DNA of 64,000 nucleotides from Octopus vulgaris (Eukaryota): NCBI GenBank assembly GCA_951406725.2, contig OX597831.1, positions 15,314,001 to 15,378,000 of the forward strand, read 5' to 3'. Shown piece by piece: positions 56,305 to 64,000 of this stretch (position 1 is its first letter; each line of letters starts with the position of its first letter). The notes under the pieces were generated by a model. It saw only the letters and a program-made list of their open reading frames with translations, ran no database searches and was not told where the DNA came from. The position numbers and the translations under genes were made by a program.

Positions 56305-57212
56305 GGATGAATGAATTATCCTTTGTTTACAGTTAACATGGAAAATTCAATAAACAGTTACCAGGGTACCAATATTCACACAAGTAACAAGGATGTAGCG
56401 ACCTATTAAAATGTAGAAACTCCGGGTTAATGTGCAGTAATTTGTTTAGTATAAGTAAATATATGTTGAGATAGGTTATCTTTCTTTCCTGTTGAGAAGA
56501 TTGCATTTTATACGATTTATGCCTTTGGAATAAAACCAATGTCGTCTTCGAAGCCTGTGTCGAAAGTAAAAGTATTTGAATAGCATCTTCGTTCAACTCC
56601 ATTTATTTCTATATGAATATATATTATGTCTGCATCTTCCTGAATGTGTTGGATCCCTACCTCAGCTTGACACACTTCCGAGCAAGTGTTGGTATTTTAC
56701 CTCACTGTAACCTAGATATTCTGCTAGCAGTAGCATGGAACAATTATCTCACTTTAAAATAAGGAGTAGGTGTCATTATTGATTTATGCTATTAAAGCCC
56801 CTTCAGGGCGGCCGCCCAGTACTGAGGCTATTCAATGATTGAACCAATTACAAGATAGCAGGTCTGTATGTCTCTCTGTATGTTTGTATGCATGAACGTA
56901 TGTACATACGTATGTACGTTTGTTTGTACAATATTATATTAAGGGCGTTTATACAGACACAGATATGTGTGTATATATATATATATACATATATATACAT
57001 ATACAGGCACATTTATATATGTATATGTGTATATATACATGTGCATATAACTCTATCTAAGTATATATAGATACATAGATAGATTGATATATAGATATGT
57101 GCACTCATGCATGCACATGCACATGTATATACTTGTGTCAGTGTAGAGGCATGCACACGAAAATATACACACAGCTATACACACGCACACATACACAGAC
57201 ACACACACACAT

Positions 57213-57280
<68 letters not shown>

Positions 57281-57294
57281 TCAGGGTGAGTACT

Positions 57295-57328
<34 letters not shown>

Positions 57329-57793
57329 TGAGGTGTACATGTATTAGTACATAAAGAAGTCTACATACGTATAGATAATACTTTATATATATAGTTTTTT
57401 CCAATAGGTTGTATATGTGTATACACCTGTACATGTGAGTATATGGCTGTGTGTGCATAATATCCCTTGTGTTTTGTCCTTTCATTAATGAATCTAAACT
57501 CTCATTTTGGGTGCTATAGAAATTTCCACTGAATACTGTTTTGAATTTCAATTGAAAATGAATATACGAAACAATGCACGAATATACACATTGTACGTCC
57601 ATACCGTTTTTTTTTTTACGAATGCAAAATTTGATCGTGCAATAGAATATAATGAGAGCTATACTGCTAAAAGTACTGATGCCTCATTGATTTCTACGTG
57701 AAGTACTTTGAAAAATTTAGGTCTTTTCTTGTACACAAAGCAACTTATTAACGAGACACGGAGATTTTGAACACCTGGTGTAAATTATTCTTC

Positions 57794-57801
57794 TATATAA
57801 G
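57794..57801 (+). promoter_or_regulatory. Candidate TATA box of the small secreted protein gene
   Basis: TATATAAG 94 bp upstream of the ATG at 57888, with no intervening ATG. Confidence 0.55.
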
Positions 57802-57887
57802 ACAAGAGTAATTGAAGGCCAACACCACACTATCTCAACAATCATCTTCTCCTGTCTGAGCACCAAAGTTTCATTCCCAAATTCAAT

Positions 57888-57924
57888 ATGAAATTCGTTG
57901 TATTTCTCTGTCTCCTTATTGTCG
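57888..57924 (+). CDS. Exon 1 (signal peptide) of a small secreted six-cysteine protein
   Basis: ATG AAA TTC GTT GTA TTT CTC TGT CTC CTT ATT GTC G|GTAAGT = MKFVVFLCLLIV, with a consensus phase-1 donor. Confidence 0.8.
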
Positions 57925-58128
57925 GTAAGTTATCTGAGAAAGTTATTTCCTTTCGTTCGAAATTGAATCGCAGCTTGGAGTCGAATTCCTTAACATCAAT
58001 TTGATTATCAACATATTTCTAAAAGGACACATCTGTGCACACTTACACAAAAACTTAGACACAAAATTACATATATGCATACAAACGTAGACATGCTTAT
58101 ATATATATATAGAGAGAGATAGATATAT

Positions 58129-58164
<36 letters not shown>

Positions 58165-59133
58165 GCATATACCTGCATACACACATACTCACACGTATAT
58201 GTTCTATTGTATATTATACAGAATTAAATGCGTGTATGTGTGTGCATGCACAGTCAAATACGGTTTTTATGTTCCTGAAACTCCAAATGTGTTGGCCAAG
58301 CTAGGCTTCCATATAAAATCAAAAATTATAATGGGGGAACCATATTTATTTCAATGATGGATCATGAAAAGAAATGGCACTTTCATCTGTTTTGCTTTTT
58401 GTGGGAGAGGGGTTTATAGTTGACTCCCAAACAAATTGTAAGGTGATTCAAACATGCATGTATTTAGCCCTAAGCAAGAAGAAACGAGAGGCATGTCCAC
58501 AACAGATATTTTCATTTTTACAAAGCAATACCATCCATTCTTGACCATGTATGGGCAAACCTTCTCGGGAAAGGGCCGCATAAGGCATGGTTCATTAACA
58601 AACAAACCACTTCTAATTTTACGATGGGGTTAAATTTAGAAAGTTTGGAAAGAAACAGTTGGTCCATAACTCGTCGCTATGGTTTCTTTATCGCTCAAGA
58701 TCTCTTCCAATGAAACACAATATTTAGCATAACTAAAACCCAATCCGACGAAATCTGTGACCTAGTCCCTTATTGAGCGCCTACAACTCTAAGGTGACAC
58801 CAACACTAGGCAATTAATTTGGCAGCTGCTATCGTGTTGCTGCTGCTAATAGGGATGTCCTGGTCTGCATTTAGAAACGTAACACGTGATTCATTAACGT
58901 AAATGTAATAATAGATGCGCCTCCGTTCCTGTGCCCCGTGGATTCTATCTGTTCCGCCACTCTATCTTCTCCACCGCGGCAATAATATCGTATCTTACTA
59001 ACAGGTGCTGCTTTCTTGTAAACTCTGCTCCCCAATGTTTGACTCATTCTATTCTCACCCGATTTCTTTTGTCGACACCCTTCTGACCCTGCACTAATCA
59101 CCACAACCAATCTTTCCTTCATTACATATATAT

Positions 59134-59500
59134 AGGAGTGGCAGTCTGGTAAGTTGTTTGCTTACCAACCACATGGTTCCGGGTTCAGTCCCACCACTAT
59201 ACACTCGGGCCAACGAAAGCCTTGTGAGTGGATTTGGTAGACGGAAACTGAAAGAAGCTCGTCGTATATATACATATATATATGTATGGGTATGTGTGTG
59301 TGTATGTGCGTCTGTGTTTGTCCCCACTATCGCTTGAGAACCGATGTCGGTGTGTGTACGTCCATGTACGCTAGCAGTTCATCAAAAGGGACCGATAAAA
59401 TAATAACTAGGCTTACAAAAATATATCCTGGGTTTGATTTGTTCGAATAAAGGCGGTGCTCCAGCAAGGCTACAGGGAAATTACTGAAACAAAAGAATAA
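59134..59500 (+). mobile_element. SINE family A copy in intron 1
   Basis: aggagtggcagtctggtaag...ggttccgggttcagtccca...aggcggtgctccagca, with an internal deletion. Confidence 0.88.
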
Positions 59501-60225
59501 AATAATGAAAGATATGTATTTATATGTATGTATATGTATGTATGTATGTATGTATATATAATCTCTCGCATAACTTGTTGGAAAATGTTGGGTCTCAGCG
59601 TATGTTTATTCGGAGCGACTCCTCCGACTGTTTTGAACATTGAATTTGTCTTTGTGGACTTATTTAGACGTTATTTCCGATCTTCCATTAATACCGACTT
59701 CCAGTGTTTTGCATTGGAGAAGGCATTTCTTTTTTTCCAACGGAGGGCTCACAAAACATTAATCAGCCTCTGCATATTTTGTTAGAGTACAATATAAACC
59801 AAATTCGTTTCAAATATTTATGTAGTGATGTGGACTTTTAAGTGGCATACGAGTCTTGAAACATATTTTACTATTTCGTTAATTGATGTCCGTAAAGTTG
59901 GATTGTAGTCTAAATGTTGCCTATTGAACCGTGTCTCATCCATTTAGCCATACGATCTTCAGTGTTGCATATTTCCATAAATGAGAGTGGCAGTGCAGCA
60001 TAAAGGAGACATGATTTAATGTGAGGTATATATAATTAAAACTGATAATTTAGCACAAATCACTACAGATAAATCGCAGATTATCTTTCAAAATCAAGAA
60101 TAAAATTAAATATATTCTTGACAATAAGAAATACATTTTATGCGCAGTTTTTAAGTGTATTATTTTACTTCGCGTTTATAATTAAAAAAATTAATCAACT
60201 GAAATCTACAAATTTTCAATTTAAG

Positions 60226-60325
60226 GTTCTGCTTTATCCCACCAATGTACCGACAAAGCTAAGAAGATCTGTTTGGATGCTATGAGCACCTACCCCAATG
60301 TCAATACAAAAATCCAGACATGTCG
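60226..60325 (+). CDS. Exon 2 of the small secreted six-cysteine protein
   Basis: ttttcaatttaag|GT TCT...TGT CG|GTAAGT, 100 nt, phase 1 to phase 2, GSALSHQCTDKAKKICLDAMSTYPNVNTKIQTC(R). It completes the signal peptide (predicted cleavage ALS-HQ). Confidence 0.82.
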
Positions 60326-61532
60326 GTAAGTTTGATTTTACTAAAAAATCCCCGCATCATTTATCTCTAGATATTTCTATGTATATGTTATTTGCATCAT
60401 TACTATTTCTTGCAATCTCATTTTCACTATGGTTTACAAATCTGTCGTCCGATTTTGATACGGTTTTCTTTCGTTGTGTGTATTGCATAGTATGGACATT
60501 GCTCTAAATATTACGTGTGCGTTAAATGCTAGCGATATTTTGCATATTGTGGCATATTTATTATTCCTTTGGAATTTTGTTATGCATATATCCTCAAGTT
60601 TATAATCATTCAGAAGACTATAATAAAGTTTGATTCCGTTTCTAGTTCCCACGTTATATTTTGGATAATTTTCCATTTTATTTGGATATATAAATATCCA
60701 GTCAGCGTTATTTGAGATTGGTTATATCATCAAGATTGCTTATAACATTTCGTGCTGTCCTACTTAACATTCTTCCAGATAAAACATTTTTCGCAAAACG
60801 ATTTAAGGCAATAACTGATTGTCGTTGTATCAAATTCGATCAAGTCTTTGCAAGACAACATGATCATGGACGTCCTTCGTTTGCAAAAAAATACAACTTC
60901 CAGTTAAATAATACTACAATCAAAAACAATAACATTAGACCTAATTACAATCTCTACCTGCAGCACAGGTTAACCAAGAAGCAATTCGAGAGGTGCAATT
61001 TTATGTTCGTATATTCTGGCCTTTGATGAAGTTAAAAGCAAGATGGGTTACCCTAGGGTACGCCAAGCGCCCCTGTACGCCGATAGCTCTGGTAGATATT
61101 CATTCTCATGTAATTTGTCTTTGTCTTTAACATCATTGTATTTGAATAGTTTTCGGCTTCTATTACAGAATGGACGTCTCGAAAATGTAATATACCGCAT
61201 ATACCGGGTGTTTATCACGAAAACTATGGCTATTAAACCTACCCTGTTTTGAGACATCTCATTTTCATACAATATAACTACCGATGAGAACTGAAGTTCT
61301 AAACTGCATTCTCATGGCAAAATAAATGTCGATAAAAATTTCCCCGTATCATCTAAAACAATACTTTATAGAAACTGACATCTATGACTATTTCTGAATA
61401 AATAATCTAGGGAAAGAATATGATGGAAGTATGTGAAATGAAACTGCAGTATTAAAAAATAGATTCACGATTGAAATACATTATATAGAAACACTTCAAA
61501 ATGTAATAACCTGATAATTTCTTCATTTACAG

Positions 61533-61621
61533 TCGTCTCCACATGTTCCGCTCCTGCATGCAACCTAAAGATGCAGCCTGCCATAAATACTTCGATGATG
61601 TTATCGAAATGGAATGTAGCG
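61533..61621 (+). CDS. Exon 3 of the small secreted six-cysteine protein
   Basis: tttcttcatttacag|T CGT...AGC G|GTAAGA, 89 nt, phase 2 to phase 1, RLHMFRSCMQPKDAACHKYFDDVIEMECS. Without splicing it reads on GKIFI* to 61638. Confidence 0.8.
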
Positions 61622-63871
61622 GTAAGATCTTTATTTAATAACGCCATTGGTTCTTTACTTTCATACATCGTTTTCTGCTGATGTCTGATTTGTCTTCCGA
61701 TAAAATAAACAGCAGTATTCGACGTGATCGAATACAGTCCCCCAACACGAATTATATTGCGTTGAGCAAATATATGAAGCCCTTGCAGCGACGGCCTAGC
61801 AAATTCGTTAGGGCGTCGAACAAATTGCTAACGCCATTTCTCTCGGTTCTTCATTTTCTTATTAAAAACCGGAATTAAGTCAACATTGCCTTTCATCCTA
61901 ACATAAAGTACCAGCATAGGATTTATTCACTTTCGTTTTTACAAGGTGTGTAAAATAAAATACCATCCGAGCACTCGACTCAGTGTACTAAAATTATCCT
62001 AAGATTGGATTAGTTTATTACGTGACCCGCAATCAAAGCTAGCAGAACATCGAGGATGTAACCTGGAGACTGAACTTTCTGTGCCAGCATGTTTCTACTC
62101 ATCATATTCAGCTATGCAGTTTGAATCAACAGTAAATTCAGTACCTTGATCAATAGGAAAACTTAGCATCTCTTTTGAAACTGAACTTATCATATTCTCT
62201 CGACATTACGGACGTTAACCCCCAACACTGTAACCACTGAACCATGTGCGATAATTAGTATTAACACAGATGAATGATTTAAAGAAACGCTGCTTCCTGA
62301 GATCTTAATATTTTATTGTGTGGACAGCGCATCATTTTTGTCTGATCTCCTATATTACGTGTGGTCTCATTCAGTGTCCTATGGCATCCGGGTAGATTAT
62401 CTACTATTAAATGTCCAATGGAAACGATAATGATATATTACAACAGTAAATCTCCAATGAAATACTGTTGACATAAAGAAATATTTCTTCCTGTAATATT
62501 CAAAAGACTATTTTTGAAAACTGTCCGATACGCTACTGTAATTTATTAGTAATTGCACGCACTTGCTTAGAGAATTAACAAAACAAACTATCTTACTATC
62601 TTAGAGTAGAGGTGACGCTCTCTGCAAGTCTCCATAAATAACCTCTTAGAGATGCGAAAACTTTAACTCCAAACACATGTGTCTTACCTGTTTTGGGATT
62701 CTGATGACATCATTATGCACTTGTAATGGCGTCTTGTTTTATTTCAATCACTTTCTTTTGTAAAAAAGCAAATATTCTTCTTCCTCACTGTCTATTGATG
62801 GGTTATACAGCATATCATATCATATATATATATATGCGCCTGAAATCATATTGTGTATTCTCTCTAACACAGCGATGTATCACTTGTGTGATTGCCAAAC
62901 TATTACTAAGTTTCGATTTGTCAGAGACATAAAGCACATACATAAACACACATAAGCACACACACACGTTTATTGTTTATTGTGTTTATTGTTGCGTATG
63001 TTCTCTGTCAGTGTCTGGGAAGACAAATTCTTTCTATTCAAACATTAGATTAACACCATCTTTCTTAAAATTGCCTTTTTGTGTTGCCCTTTTCATTGAT
63101 CATTTTTGTATTGGATACACATGTACACATAAGCAAGCACACACACACACACACACACTCACATACATACAAACCCACACACACTTACACAAACAAACAC
63201 ACATACACAGATATATACATATACATACCTATGTATGCATGTATGTATGATTGTAATGTCTACAAAAACAAAACACAGTTCTCTCTACACCACGCAACAA
63301 ATCATTCTGCCTGACTAATATATAAATTCTCTGCGGGAAAGTGCCAACGTCGTTTATATTTACAGTTCTGCTGTATTTACTTTCATTGTTACTTCTTTAC
63401 CACGTTCAAGTTATGTATTTATGCAACAACACAAGTAATAAGTTTATTTATATTCTTTAGCCATTATTGCATAATTTGCATTTTATAGTCTCTAAATCAG
63501 TTTTCGATTTTGTATTTGATTCATTTTACAATTACCAAACAAATGACAGAATAATGGTCATACTAATGATATGATTTCCTCAATAGTAATTGACTACGCA
63601 TGTCGTATCCTATTTATTCGTAAACGATATTGCAATTTATATTATTATCCAGTAATCGATTATAAGACACGACCCTCATTTTCATAATTTCCTCATTATT
63701 TCCATTCACCAGAGACGGAGTAATTAGAAAAATATCTTGTGTATTAACGTTCAAATTATTCTTTTATTACCTCATTATAATATTCTATTGATTGCTTCCT
63801 TTTAATCTGGTATGCTAATAATTATCGACCTAACTTATCTCGAACGTTCTAATTATAATACTATTGCCTTA

Positions 63872-64000
63872 AGGCAGCGCGTTAGCAGAATCTTTTGCAA
63901 TCCGGGCCAAGTGCTTAGCGGAATTTTATCCCTCTTTACGTTATAAGTTCAAAGGAAACCGAAATCCACATTGACTTCCGTGTTTCCGGGGCCGACAAAA
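63872..64000 (+). mobile_element. SINE family B copy, diverged, cut by the window end
   Basis: aggcagcgcgttagcagaatc...tgcttagcggaatttt...agttcaaa...ccggggccga. Confidence 0.6.

Noticed and set aside
58871-59122. 83 aa minus-strand ORF in intron 1
   Set aside because: At best a weak resemblance to an RTE LINE C-terminus; too decayed to call.
60712-61026. Intronic ORF with ITDCRC, reminiscent of a cystine-knot C-terminus, after a phase-1 acceptor at 60779
   Set aside because: It is out of phase with exon 2 (gives an immediate stop) and no upstream cystine-knot cysteines were found.

Overview
AT-rich eukaryotic DNA packed with repeats; the SINE families, (TA)n/(ATT)n/(TCTA)n microsatellites and LINE set look like an octopus/cephalopod genome (inference). 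Nearly all ORFs in the supplied track are microsatellite translations. One real gene is visible and is absent from the ORF track: a spliced + strand gene (TATA box 57794; exons 57888-57924, 60226-60325, 61533-61621) encoding a small secreted six-cysteine protein whose C-x8-C-x7-C core resembles neuritin/CPG15 and the RGM N-terminal domain. The rest is mobile-element debris: three tRNA-derived SINE families, 5'-truncated LINE ends (CR1, Tx1-like, R4/Dong-like) sitting in matching microsatellites, a full-length decayed Tc1, a Tigger/pogo remnant, a Helentron-type non-autonomous element, and two Penelope-like elements with RT and GIY-YIG pieces on opposite strands. About ten type I hammerhead ribozyme motifs (intact to decayed) lie in short (TA)n-flanked inserts. 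One family has four copies, two of them forming a perfect 74-bp-arm palindrome. All calls come from manual reading and translation; no searches were run, and repeat boundaries are approximate.
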